Below, piece by piece: positions 23,453 through 31,845 of a DNA stretch of 38,703 nt. The stretch is from Candidatus Nanoarchaeia archaeon (GTDB taxonomy: Archaea > Nanobdellota > Nanobdellia > Pacearchaeales > GW2011-AR1): NCBI GenBank assembly GCA_035290465.1, contig DATDUI010000037.1, positions 1-38,703 on the forward strand, in the 5' to 3' direction. The notes beneath the pieces are model-generated. The model had not been told where the DNA came from. It did no database searches and saw only the letters and a list, made by a program, of their open reading frames with translations. Numbering within the stretch: position 1 is the first letter of the stretch; every line of letters begins with the position of its first letter. Both the position numbers and the translations under genes were made by a program.

Positions 23453-24880
23453 ATGATGGAAAACAAGAAAACTAATTTGAAGACCAAATTAATAGCAAGT
23501 GTATTTACAGTTGCAGTTTTAATTTTATTAGTTTTTTCAGGTCCAGCTCAAGCATTAAATTTAGGATTAGCAGATTTTTTAAATTCAAACCCCCAAAAAG
23601 AAGAATTAATCTCTACAACTGCAACAATTGATATTCGGACAGATGAAAGAATTTCTTTTGATAATGCTGTTGGTATTTATCGAAATGATAAATTTATCTG
23701 TTCATTTAATGCAAATACCGGTGAAAATGTTTCAGCTTGTAATGGAATTCAGGTAAGCTTAATTTCAAATAATATCGGAGGTCATGGTTATGGATACGGA
23801 TACGGCTATGGATATGGTTACGGGTATGGTTATAATAATGGATATACAAACAGCCAATTTACATATAATTTAACATTTGACACATCTTTATTCAATATTG
23901 GAGATAATACAGTACAATTAAAATACGATGCAGGAGACAATCATATTTTTTCTTCTAATGTTCAAATAGTTACAGTTCAAACATCTAGCAATCAAGAACA
24001 CATAACAAACGAAAAAACAACAATTAATGAAAACACAACTGAAGTAATTATTGATGAAAATAGTGGTTCTGTTAAAGAAATCATAATCCCCTCAACAATT
24101 GATAAATATAGTGAAATAAAACTTGATATGCAATCTTTATTAAATTCCGGTGATGTCACAATCCCCGATGATTTCACACTCATAAGAGAAGGTGTAAATA
24201 ATTATAGTGTTGTAATCTCTAAAGATACAGTTATTTCCGGCGGAAATTCTTGGGATGGAAAAATAATCCTTCCAACTGTTAAAATTAATTCAGATTATTC
24301 TATTTTAGACGGTTCTATAAATACAGTAATTGATTTAGGCGGAGAAACTGAATTAACCTTCTCAGAACCAGTTAAAGTTACTATTGGAGGCATGGCTGGG
24401 CAAAAAGCAGCATGGACAAGAGGAACAGGTTCTATGACTAAAATAACAACAGTATGCAACTCTTTAACTAATCCTACAAATATAAATTCTGTTTCTCCAA
24501 GAGAATGTTACATTGATGAAGGAAATGATTTAGTAATCTGGACATATCATTTTACAGAATTTGGAACTTATCAAGAAAATTCCCAAAATAATGATCAATC
24601 TTCTTCAAGTTCAGGATATAGCCCTATAAAAAAGATAAATGAATCTTCTTTGGTTAATGATAAACCTGAAGCAATAAAATTAGGGTATCCAAACACCGCA
24701 GAAGGCGATAAAATAGTTCAAAATGAAAATAAGGCAGATGAGAAAGGATTTGTTTCTGGAGTCACTGGTGCAGTTGTAGGAGCATTAACATCCGGTTCTG
24801 GAATAGTGGTAATAATCTTTATAATTGGTTTGATGGGAAGTTTTGTTGGTGTAAGATCTTTTAGAAAAAAAAGACTTTAA
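23453..24880 (+). CDS. Secreted, C-terminally anchored surface protein with a (GY)8 repeat
   Basis: The signal peptide ends in AQA|L. The repeat region is GGHGYGYGYGYGYGYGYGYNNGY. The protein is Ser/Thr/Asn-rich, and the C-terminal TM helix IVVIIFIIGLMGSFVGV is followed by RSFRKKRL. Confidence 0.75.
   Translation: MMENKKTNLKTKLIASVFTVAVLILLVFSGPAQALNLGLADFLNSNPQKEELISTTATIDIRTDERISFDNAVGIYRNDKFICSFNANTGENVSACNGIQVSLISNNIGGHGYGYGYGYGYGYGYGYNNGYTNSQFTYNLTFDTSLFNIGDNTVQLKYDAGDNHIFSSNVQIVTVQTSSNQEHITNEKTTINENTTEVIIDENSGSVKEIIIPSTIDKYSEIKLDMQSLLNSGDVTIPDDFTLIREGVNNYSVVISKDTVISGGNSWDGKIILPTVKINSDYSILDGSINTVIDLGGETELTFSEPVKVTIGGMAGQKAAWTRGTGSMTKITTVCNSLTNPTNINSVSPRECYIDEGNDLVIWTYHFTEFGTYQENSQNNDQSSSSSGYSPIKKINESSLVNDKPEAIKLGYPNTAEGDKIVQNENKADEKGFVSGVTGAVVGALTSGSGIVVIIFIIGLMGSFVGVRSFRKKRL
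23786..23833 (+). repeat. Eight tandem Gly-Tyr codon pairs using scrambled synonymous codons
   Basis: The sequence is ggttat ggatac ggatac ggctat ggatat ggttac gggtat ggttat. Confidence 0.9.
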
Positions 24881-24894
24881 AAATCTTATTAAAA

Positions 24895-24900
24895 GGAGGT
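24895..24900 (+). promoter_or_regulatory. Shine-Dalgarno GGAGGT for the operon-internal gene 24905
   Basis: AAAAGGAGGTaaaaATG, with 4 nt between the SD and the ATG. Confidence 0.6.
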
Positions 24901-24904
24901 AAAA

Positions 24905-25387
24905 ATGAAAAATTTAATTATCTTATCATTATTATGTTTTATTATAATTGGAAATCTAAATGCACTCACAAATGAGAATGCACAAGGAAGTGATTCAATG
25001 AATATTAAGGCAGATATTTTAAAATCCAGTGTCAGTATTAATGTTCCTGATAATATTACATTTGAACAAATAACAAAAGGATATCTTTCTGAACGAAAAG
25101 ATTTAAACATTGAAAATACAGGGACAACAGATATAAATGTAATTCCTTTACTTGAAGAAAATTATACTGAAGGAATTTTTGATCATATCTCTTTCAAAAA
25201 AACATTATCTGCTAATCTTACAAGAATTGGAAATTTTGAATTCGAAATAAAAAAACCAACCACTATGGGAGGAATTAAAACAGAAGGAATTTACATGCAT
25301 TTAGATTTGACAGGATTTGAAGGGGAAATACAAAACGATTTAATAGGGCATAACACAAATATAATCTTTTGGGCAATTCCTATTTAA
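24905..25387 (+). CDS. Small secreted beta-rich protein (second gene of the surface module)
   Basis: The signal peptide is MKNLIILSLLCFIIIGNLNA. A strong SD lies upstream. There is no TM anchor and no motif I recognise. Confidence 0.7.
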   Translation: MKNLIILSLLCFIIIGNLNALTNENAQGSDSMNIKADILKSSVSINVPDNITFEQITKGYLSERKDLNIENTGTTDINVIPLLEENYTEGIFDHISFKKTLSANLTRIGNFEFEIKKPTTMGGIKTEGIYMHLDLTGFEGEIQNDLIGHNTNIIFWAIPI

Positions 25388-25388
25388 A

Positions 25389-25964
25389 ATGAAATCCTTT
25401 ATTTTTTTATTATTTTTTATCTTTTTATGCAATTTTGTTTCTTCTATTGAATTAAGTATTTCACCATCCCAGATAGATTTTAATGCAAAAACTAATCAGG
25501 AATCATGCAAAGAAATAACAATTTCCACAATAAAAAATAGCATCTTAATTGGATCTGACCGATGGGCAGAAAAAAATATTGTTCAAAGAAATTTTTTTTT
25601 ACATAATCTTTCTTCAAAAGATTTAGATATAAAAATTAACTATCCAACCAATTTAAAAGCCGATGAAATAACAAACGCAAAAATTTGCATTGTCTCAAAA
25701 AATTCCGGGATTTATCACGGATTATTATTATATAAAACACAAAATAGTTCTGCAGGAGTTGGAATTTGGATGAACTTAAATATCACAGAATCAGAAAAAT
25801 TTTCAATAATAAAATTAACAGGAAATGCAATTTCAATAGAAAATAATAAAACTTCTTTATTTATTCTGCCTATTTTTTTAATAATAATCTTGATATTTTT
25901 ATTCGTAAAATTAAATAGAAAAACAATATCAATCAAAAAAAAGAAATATAAAAATTCCTCCTAA
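25389..25964 (+). CDS. Secreted Ig-like-fold candidate with a C-terminal TM anchor (third gene of the surface module)
   Basis: The signal peptide is MKSFIFLLFFIFLCNFVSS. ELSISPSQIDFNAKTNQESCKEITIS suggests a beta-sandwich-like start. The TM helix is LFILPIFLIIILIFLFV. The gene starts 1 nt after the upstream stop. Confidence 0.7.
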   Translation: MKSFIFLLFFIFLCNFVSSIELSISPSQIDFNAKTNQESCKEITISTIKNSILIGSDRWAEKNIVQRNFFLHNLSSKDLDIKINYPTNLKADEITNAKICIVSKNSGIYHGLLLYKTQNSSAGVGIWMNLNITESEKFSIIKLTGNAISIENNKTSLFILPIFLIIILIFLFVKLNRKTISIKKKKYKNSS

Positions 25965-26542
25965 GAAAAAGCATCCCATAAAGATTTTGTTTTTGGAATT
26001 ATCCCTCTATCTCTAAGCATTCTTTTTAATTTTTTTATTTTATAATTTTCTTTTTGAGATAATTGTTGTATAGCAAATTCTTTTTCATTTTGTTCAATCC
26101 AAAAATATTTTTTTGCGTGGTCAGATACTTCATTTATCATTTGATTGTCATCTACATAAGGAGTTCGAGAAAACTGAGTGGTCAAAATATCAAGAAACAT
26201 CATCTCTAAAGGATTGCCATATTCTTCACACGCTTGTTTTTGAACTAAATAATCATCAACTAAAGTGTCTGAATTAAATGGTGGTTGATGATGTGTTCTT
26301 TCATGTAATGTCAAGATTTCAGTTGATTTTTGAAATAACGTATGATCAATTGTATAAAATTTAGTTGCAGGATCTAAAAATAAATATCTATAAACAATAT
26401 GTTTGGTATTACGTGTGGTTGCTAATGCACGTCTAAAACCTTCGAAAGGAAATTCTGTATCAAAATGAATATCTGTAAAGTTATAATTTTTAGCAATATC
26501 TGTTATTTCTTTTTTAATATCCGGTTTTAATTTTAAATCCAT
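25961..26542 (-). CDS. Hypothetical protein with an HExxH motif (possible Zn-metallopeptidase)
   Basis: LTLHERTHHQ contains H-E-x-x-H. I recognise nothing else in it. Confidence 0.5.
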   Translation of the reverse strand: MDLKLKPDIKKEITDIAKNYNFTDIHFDTEFPFEGFRRALATTRNTKHIVYRYLFLDPATKFYTIDHTLFQKSTEILTLHERTHHQPPFNSDTLVDDYLVQKQACEEYGNPLEMMFLDILTTQFSRTPYVDDNQMINEVSDHAKKYFWIEQNEKEFAIQQLSQKENYKIKKLKRMLRDRGIIPKTKSLWDAFS

Positions 26543-26611
26543 AATTTTGATAAAAATTGTAAGGGTTTTAAATATTATGCAAAAAAATCTTCGATTATTT
26601 GAAATAATTTT

Positions 26612-27043
26612 CTATTTTTTCGTCAACTCTTTTAACTTTCTCTCTAAAATAGCTTTCTCAGATTGAATAATTCTTGCAACTTCATCATATCCATGAAGTC
26701 TTCTTGTAAGTTCATTTAAAATATCGTTTAATTCATGATTTGTCAATTGCAAATCTTCAGGATATAAAACATCAATATGTGCAGGCATATACTTAAACAT
26801 CAACATTGTAATTAGCAAAACTTCTTCAACTTCAACTTCAAGTTCAGCAAAAGCAGTAAAAAGATTTTCTTGATTTTGCAAAGGATTCGGCTCACTAATT
26901 TTTTTATCCACAACCTTAACACCTTTCTCAGAATTAATTTTTTCAATTAAATTATTTAATGTTTCAATTAAATGTTCAGGCGGTCTTCCTAACACTTCAA
27001 TAATCATCATAACCCTTATTTTTGGTATATTATCTGAACTCAT
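26612..27043 (-). CDS. Hypothetical cytoplasmic protein, overlapping the end of the ComEA-like gene by 14 nt
   Basis: It is a 143-aa alpha/beta-looking ORF with a C-terminal coiled coil (IIQSEKAILERKLKELTKK). I recognise no family. Confidence 0.6.
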   Translation of the reverse strand: MSSDNIPKIRVMMIIEVLGRPPEHLIETLNNLIEKINSEKGVKVVDKKISEPNPLQNQENLFTAFAELEVEVEEVLLITMLMFKYMPAHIDVLYPEDLQLTNHELNDILNELTRRLHGYDEVARIIQSEKAILERKLKELTKK

Positions 27044-27617
27044 TTTTCTTAATTCGGTATTTTTTTATTAAAAAAAGACAACATAAAAGTATACTAAAAC
27101 CTATCAAACCATATACTGAATAATCGCTTTTCTTTAATTCCTTATTAACTTCATCTGTTTTTATATCTTTTGGGTTTAAATTGTTTAATTGAATAACTTC
27201 TAATTTTTCAATGGAATTATTTTCAGAGATATTTTTAAGTTCAATATCTTCACGAATTAATTTATAATAATCCTTTGATTCTTCAAAATTAATTTCAACA
27301 CTCTCGATTTCAATGGATTTATTTTCTTCAACTTTTTCAGTTTCTTTAACAGATTCTTCTTTTTCTTGAACACATGCAAGTCCTTGATTCTTTATCTTTT
27401 GAAGAGTAATTTCCTTTATACCCTTAACATTAATTAAATCATCAAGCGTTTCATAGAACCTCATATCAATTATTGCTTGAGCTTTTACAGGTCCAATCTC
27501 AGAAATACTATCTAATTCTTCTAGAGTTGCAGAATTTATATCAATCTGTCCTTCATTACACAAAGAATAAATTTGAGGAATAAAAAAAATAACTAAAATC
27601 AAAATATATTTTTTCAT
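27030..27617 (-). CDS. ComEA-like helix-hairpin-helix DNA-binding surface protein (signal peptide, HhH domain, acidic linker, C-terminal TM anchor)
   Basis: IDINSATLEELDSISEIGPVKAQAIIDMRFYETLDDLINVKGIKEITLQKI matches the ComEA HhH2 pattern. The N-terminal signal is MKKYILILVIFFIPQIYS, and the C-terminal TM helix is YGLIGFSILLCCLFLI. Confidence 0.75.
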   Translation of the reverse strand: MKKYILILVIFFIPQIYSLCNEGQIDINSATLEELDSISEIGPVKAQAIIDMRFYETLDDLINVKGIKEITLQKIKNQGLACVQEKEESVKETEKVEENKSIEIESVEINFEESKDYYKLIREDIELKNISENNSIEKLEVIQLNNLNPKDIKTDEVNKELKKSDYSVYGLIGFSILLCCLFLIKKYRIKKNEFR

Positions 27618-27700
27618 TTATTAAAAAATTAAAACTTGTTTTTGAACTTTATTGATACTTTGGGATAAATTTATATAATAATTATTCTTTTTATTAAATA

Positions 27701-27919
27701 ATGCTAGAAAATCTTATTTATTTTCAAATTTTGGGTAAACCATTAATTATGTATTTTGGAATCTTAACTTTATTATCCTTTTTATTTACCGCATCAATTG
27801 CAGTATTAAATCAAAAAGGAATACATTTGATACCCTTTGTATGGCATCCACGAATGGCAATAATCTCAATTACTTTAGCAATAATGCACGGAACATTTGG
27901 GATTTTAGCTTATTTTTAA
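27701..27919 (+). CDS. Small two-TM membrane protein
   Basis: It is 72 aa with two hydrophobic helices. TATA TTTATATA at 27670..27677 is centred about 27 nt upstream of the ATG. Confidence 0.5.
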   Translation: MLENLIYFQILGKPLIMYFGILTLLSFLFTASIAVLNQKGIHLIPFVWHPRMAIISITLAIMHGTFGILAYF

Positions 27920-28081
27920 AATAGAAATAAATTATTTCGTAAATCTTTCAGAAATTCTTAATCATCTTCAGGATTATATTTTTTTACAATTTCATAGGAA
28001 TCAAACATTTTCAAAGGATAAGTTATAACTTTTTCATCTCTTACTCTCCCATCAAGAGTGCTAAATATATCTGTTTAATAA

Positions 28082-28100
28082 ACTGCTATAAAGTAGCAGT
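28082..28100. promoter_or_regulatory. Inverted repeat ACTGCTA-n5-TAGCAGT upstream of the AbiE promoter (operator candidate)
   Basis: Perfect 7-bp arms lie at 28082..28088 and 28094..28100, 20 nt upstream of the TATA box. Confidence 0.4.
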
Positions 28101-28120
28101 AAATTAAACAAAAGAAAAGG

Positions 28121-28128
28121 TTTAAATA
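28121..28128 (+). promoter_or_regulatory. TATA box TTTAAATA for the AbiE operon
   Basis: The box is centred 25-26 nt upstream of ATG 28150. Confidence 0.5.
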
Positions 28129-28149
28129 ATAACTTTTCTCTTGTAAATT

Positions 28150-28743
28150 ATGGGAAAACTAAAATCAGTATATTCTGCACTCTTGAACAGAGGAGAGAAG
28201 ATAATGAAAAGGAAAGAGATAGTCAATCTAATAGAAGACTATAGAAAAATAGAGAAGATTAGCATAACTAATGCTCTATGGTATCTTTCAAGACAGGGGC
28301 ATATCAAAAGAATATTTTTGGATTATTATTATATAAATTCAATAGAAGAAAGAGAACAAAAATTCTGCAAATATCTAGACAAAGAACTTTTATTTCTTGT
28401 TTTAAATAAAATCGATATTAAATGGTATTTGGGATTAACTTCTGCAAGTTATAGTGGCGGAGAAATATGGCAAACCCCTAATATGTTGGTTATCATAAAT
28501 AATAAATTTAGTGGCAATAGAGCAATAATGGGTTTTAAAACAAAATTTATCAAGATAAAAGAAAGCCTAATATTTGCATTAGTTAAGGGAAAAACCGATA
28601 AGGGGATAGAATACTATTATTCAGATAAAGAAAAAACAGAGTTGGACGAAGTTTATTTATCTAAAAAAGGAAGAGTAGCAAAAGATAAAAAGACAAAGAC
28701 TTATCTTAAAAGATATCCAAAATGGCTTCAAAAATTAACATAG
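28150..28743 (+). CDS. AbiEi-like antitoxin/transcriptional regulator candidate
   Basis: It lies immediately upstream of the AbiEii-type gene and overlaps it by 22 nt. The N-terminal wHTH-like segment is RKEIVNLIEDYRKIEKISITNALWYLSRQGHIKRI. Confidence 0.6.
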   Translation: MGKLKSVYSALLNRGEKIMKRKEIVNLIEDYRKIEKISITNALWYLSRQGHIKRIFLDYYYINSIEEREQKFCKYLDKELLFLVLNKIDIKWYLGLTSASYSGGEIWQTPNMLVIINNKFSGNRAIMGFKTKFIKIKESLIFALVKGKTDKGIEYYYSDKEKTELDEVYLSKKGRVAKDKKTKTYLKRYPKWLQKLT

Positions 28744-29639
28744 AACAGTATATCGGCGAAATTAAAAGAAGGATGAATCTTAATATTGATGATGATATTA
28801 TCAAAAAGGATTTATTGCTTACTTTAATTTTAGCTGAATTTGAAAAGTCTGACTTGGGCAAGGAACTTATTTTCAAGGGCGGAACTTTGCTCTCTAGAAA
28901 CTATTTGAATTATCATCGTTTCTCAGAAGATTTAGATTTTGTTTTTAAGGACTCGACTTCTATAAGAGAATTAACAAGAAGTGCTAGAGAAAGAAAAGTT
29001 AAAACTTTTCTCGATGTTTTTGTTCCTAAGCTTAAAGAAGTTGCAGATATTTTGGGATTAAATTTTAGCACAAATAGGAGCGATACAAAATACTGCAAGA
29101 TGTTGAGTGGAAGAACCGTTTATACTTTTAAGATTTATTATTCTGATACCAACTTCATAAAAGTAGAAATAAATTTTATTGAAAAGATAATTTATACCCC
29201 GGAGAAGGTTTCAATAAAAGCAATAACTGACTTTTTTGATTCAAAAACCATGTTGTATGAACTCGGATTATCTTATAAAAACTTCAATGTTCCAAGCTAC
29301 TCACTGGAGGAGATAAAACTTGAAAAGTATAGGGCAGTTCTAACCAGAAAACATCTCCAAGAAAGAGATCTGTTTGATTTATTCTTGATAAAAGACTCCT
29401 TGAATGCAGATGTAAAACTTATTGTAGAAAAAATAAAGAATTCTTCACTTATAAAAAAAGACCTAACAAAATTGATTACAGATAAACTAGCTCTTCTTCA
29501 AAATAATAAGTTCTTTGAAAGCAAAGAAAAAGTAGAAAACCTTTCTATTGTTCAATACAACAAAAAAGAATTTAAAGATTTTAAAGAAAAGATAAACCCT
29601 AAGCTTATTGAAATCTGTAATAAGTTCTTGGGAAAATAA
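28722..29639 (+). CDS. abiEii: AbiEii/AbiGii-family nucleotidyltransferase toxin (DUF1814)
   Basis: LIFKGGTLLSRNYLNYHRFSEDLDFVF is the family signature (KGGTAL...RFSEDLDF). Confidence 0.85.
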   Translation: MASKINIEQYIGEIKRRMNLNIDDDIIKKDLLLTLILAEFEKSDLGKELIFKGGTLLSRNYLNYHRFSEDLDFVFKDSTSIRELTRSARERKVKTFLDVFVPKLKEVADILGLNFSTNRSDTKYCKMLSGRTVYTFKIYYSDTNFIKVEINFIEKIIYTPEKVSIKAITDFFDSKTMLYELGLSYKNFNVPSYSLEEIKLEKYRAVLTRKHLQERDLFDLFLIKDSLNADVKLIVEKIKNSSLIKKDLTKLITDKLALLQNNKFFESKEKVENLSIVQYNKKEFKDFKEKINPKLIEICNKFLGK

Positions 29640-29780
29640 TTTTTATTTTAAATAGCATCTTCCTTTACTCCGTTATTCGTTCTAATATGAGTACAAGAGT
29701 ATTACAGGAAATTTTTTGTAGTTATCCGTTAAATTTCCTGTTTAGAAAATTCTAAAAATTTCTAAAAGAATTTTCTATAA

Positions 29781-29865
29781 CGGAAGTGAAGCTCGCTTCC
29801 CCTCGTACCCTCCCTACGAATTCCAAGCTGGCGATTAACTCAGTGGAAGCACATAAAACCCCTAA
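29781..29865. other. GC-rich island (about 55% GC over 72 nt by my count) in an AT-rich intergenic region; unassigned structured RNA or gene relic
   Basis: The sequence is CGGAAGTGAAGCTCGCTTCCCCTCGTACCCTCCCTACGAATTCCAAGCTGGCGATTAACTCAGTGGAAGCAC. Possible pairings are GGAAG/CTTCC and GCTTCC/GGAAGC. No cloverleaf can be drawn on either strand. Confidence 0.3.
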
Positions 29866-29902
29866 AAGCAAATCTTAAATACTTTATTAATCTCTAAAAA
29901 AT

Positions 29903-30175
29903 ATGAATTTTAAAAAATTCCCTGATTGGATTCTCTCCGGAATAATTATTTTTCTGGTATTAATTGTATTGGGAATTATTCTATTCGTATTAACACTTGG
30001 AAAAATTAATATTTTATTTTGGTTAGTTATCCCCTCAGTAGCCTTTGAACAAATATTTGAAACTTTCTGTTATAAATTTTCAAATCGTACACTCGCAAAT
30101 TTACTTTTTGCTTTCTTTTTCTGGTTTATAATTGGAGCAACTGAAGGTTGGATTAGTAGTAAATTAAAAAAATAA
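29903..30175 (+). CDS. Small membrane protein (3 predicted TM helices)
   Basis: It is 90 aa and hydrophobic. A TATA-like CTTAAATA lies about 25 nt upstream. Confidence 0.5.
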   Translation: MNFKKFPDWILSGIIIFLVLIVLGIILFVLTLGKINILFWLVIPSVAFEQIFETFCYKFSNRTLANLLFAFFFWFIIGATEGWISSKLKK

Positions 30176-30205
30176 TCAAATTAAAAATTTGAAGAATTCC
30201 CTTTT

Positions 30206-30700
30206 TTATTCTTTCTTAGGATTTGCATCCAAAAAATCAAATCCAGTCAAAACTCTTTCAACTAAATCGTTTTTATCATAAGTTGTTCTATAAATCTCTT
30301 TATAAGTTACATCAACTCCTTGATTATCTTGTAATTTTCTATATAATTCTTTATGTCTTTCATCAGAACCCTGACTTGTAAAAGTTCCATGTTGACATTT
30401 GAAAACTACTCCATATTTTTCAGGAACTTCACTTGAACTTATTTGTAACCCATTTCCTATGCCAATTCCAAAATCTCCATCATAATCCATACTAACTGAA
30501 CCGAATCCTTCTTCTTCCTCCATTAGATTCATAGCTTTTAATTCAATATCAGTATCATGTCTTGACGGAGTATAAATTTTAGTAATAACTATCGCATCTT
30601 CATGTAAAACATTTGAAACTTCTGTTTTAATTTCTTTACAACCAGTTAATCCAATTGCTCCTACCAATATAATTGCTCCGAGTGTTTGTTTTATCGTCAT
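30206..30700 (-). CDS. Lipoprotein-like secreted protein
   Basis: The N-terminus MTIKQTLGAIILVGAIGLTGC carries a lipobox-like LTGC. Confidence 0.65.
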   Translation of the reverse strand: MTIKQTLGAIILVGAIGLTGCKEIKTEVSNVLHEDAIVITKIYTPSRHDTDIELKAMNLMEEEEGFGSVSMDYDGDFGIGIGNGLQISSSEVPEKYGVVFKCQHGTFTSQGSDERHKELYRKLQDNQGVDVTYKEIYRTTYDKNDLVERVLTGFDFLDANPKKE

Positions 30701-30775
30701 AATTTAATGAAGAGATTAATGTTTATAAACTTTTTCATTTATTTACTCCTTTTAAGTTACGACATTTATTTAATT

Positions 30776-31207
30776 TTAAAACTTTCTGTTATTTGCTACT
30801 AAATTCAATAAAATTTCAATAATCTTATCAAACTCCCCCTTATTATTGATATAAAAATCTCTTGGAATTTCTTCTCCATAATAACCCATTCTATTCCTAA
30901 AAAAAGACATATGGGAAATTAAATCAGCTTCATTTTCCAATTCTGGATGCATCTTATAAAAATATGAGATCAAACATTGATGATTTTGCGATTTTAACCC
31001 ATTTTTCAAAAGATAAGCAACTAAAAGTTCTTTAATAATCTCATAATAATCCTCCACCAAAAATGAAACATCCTCTCCTAAATTTCTCTTTAATTTTTCG
31101 TATCTCTTAATCGCCATTTTTTTTATAGAATCAATTCTCTCCAAATCCACCTCAACTTTTTTAACAAAATTTTTCTCACAAACATTCCAACTTATTAAAT
31201 TTATCAT
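30776..31207 (-). CDS. HEPN domain protein (second MNT-HEPN pair)
   Basis: It overlaps the upstream NTase gene by 4 nt. The helix YYEIIKELLVAYLLKNGLKSQNHQCLISYF parallels the first HEPN protein. Confidence 0.7.
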   Translation of the reverse strand: MINLISWNVCEKNFVKKVEVDLERIDSIKKMAIKRYEKLKRNLGEDVSFLVEDYYEIIKELLVAYLLKNGLKSQNHQCLISYFYKMHPELENEADLISHMSFFRNRMGYYGEEIPRDFYINNKGEFDKIIEILLNLVANNRKF

Positions 31208-31704
31208 TTTATCTTAAAACTTCCATAAATTTTAATTCCATTAACAACATTATTAAAGAGATTCTCTTGTAAATTATTAATATTAGATTCAACAAACAAA
31301 TCAATTTTATGATTCAATTTTTTTTCAAACTTACCTAAATCCAACTCCTTTTTAACCAGACTTTCTATAAATAAATCAACATCACTCTCTTTATCTGACT
31401 CTCCTTTTCTAAAGCTACCGAACAAAATAATCAAAGATGGATTAAGCTCTTCAACCAAATAATCAATAAGACCTATTTTAGTGATTTCATCAATAAAATA
31501 ATTTATTTTCTTTATATTAAAATAAATTGAAGCAATACTCTCATTATTTTTATCCAACAATTTTTCTTTTTTCAAATCATTTAACAAAACCTGAACACTT
31601 GAACGCGGAATTTTTGTTAAACTCGCAAGAGTTCTTACTGTGAATTTCTTTCCGGGATACTCAAAATAAACCCTTAAAATTTTATTAATATTTTCTTGTC
31701 TCAT
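31204..31704 (-). CDS. wHTH + minimal nucleotidyltransferase (second MNT-HEPN pair)
   Basis: The N-terminal wHTH is FTVRTLASLTKIPRSSVQVLLNDLKKEKLL. The NTase motif is ILFGSFRKGESDKESDVDLFIE. Confidence 0.75.
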   Translation of the reverse strand: MRQENINKILRVYFEYPGKKFTVRTLASLTKIPRSSVQVLLNDLKKEKLLDKNNESIASIYFNIKKINYFIDEITKIGLIDYLVEELNPSLIILFGSFRKGESDKESDVDLFIESLVKKELDLGKFEKKLNHKIDLFVESNINNLQENLFNNVVNGIKIYGSFKIK

Positions 31705-31710
31705 TTTATA

Positions 31711-31720
31711 GACTTAAGTC
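31711..31720. promoter_or_regulatory. Perfect 10-bp palindrome GACTTAAGTC between the TATA-like region and ATG 31704
   Basis: The element is self-complementary and lies 7 nt upstream of the start codon of the NTase gene. This mirrors the operator-like placement in the other TA-type modules. Confidence 0.35.
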
Positions 31721-31816
31721 CAATATATTAGATTCACTCCCCCTTATATATATTTGCACAATTTATAATCTCTTCTCCCTATGAAGTTTCCACTAAGGTC
31801 AACAAAAAGAGTAAAC

Positions 31817-31824
31817 TTTATATA
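31817..31824 (+). promoter_or_regulatory. TATA box TTTATATA for gene 31846
   Basis: The box is centred 25-26 nt upstream of ATG 31846. Confidence 0.5.
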
Positions 31825-31845
31825 CAAAATTTTAATTTATATCCT

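Noticed and set aside
27958-28074. Minus-strand 38-codon open tail as a truncated gene
   Set aside because: It has no start codon and is short enough to be open by chance. It is mentioned only as context for the AbiE insertion hypothesis.
29781-29865. Possible 5S rRNA (CGGAAGTGAAGC resembles the conserved GAAGUxAAGC segment) or tRNA (72-nt GC-rich block)
   Set aside because: The upstream part that would form helices I-III is almost pure A/T and lacks complementarity. I found no helix I closing pair, no T-loop and no cloverleaf. It is reported only as an unassigned GC island.
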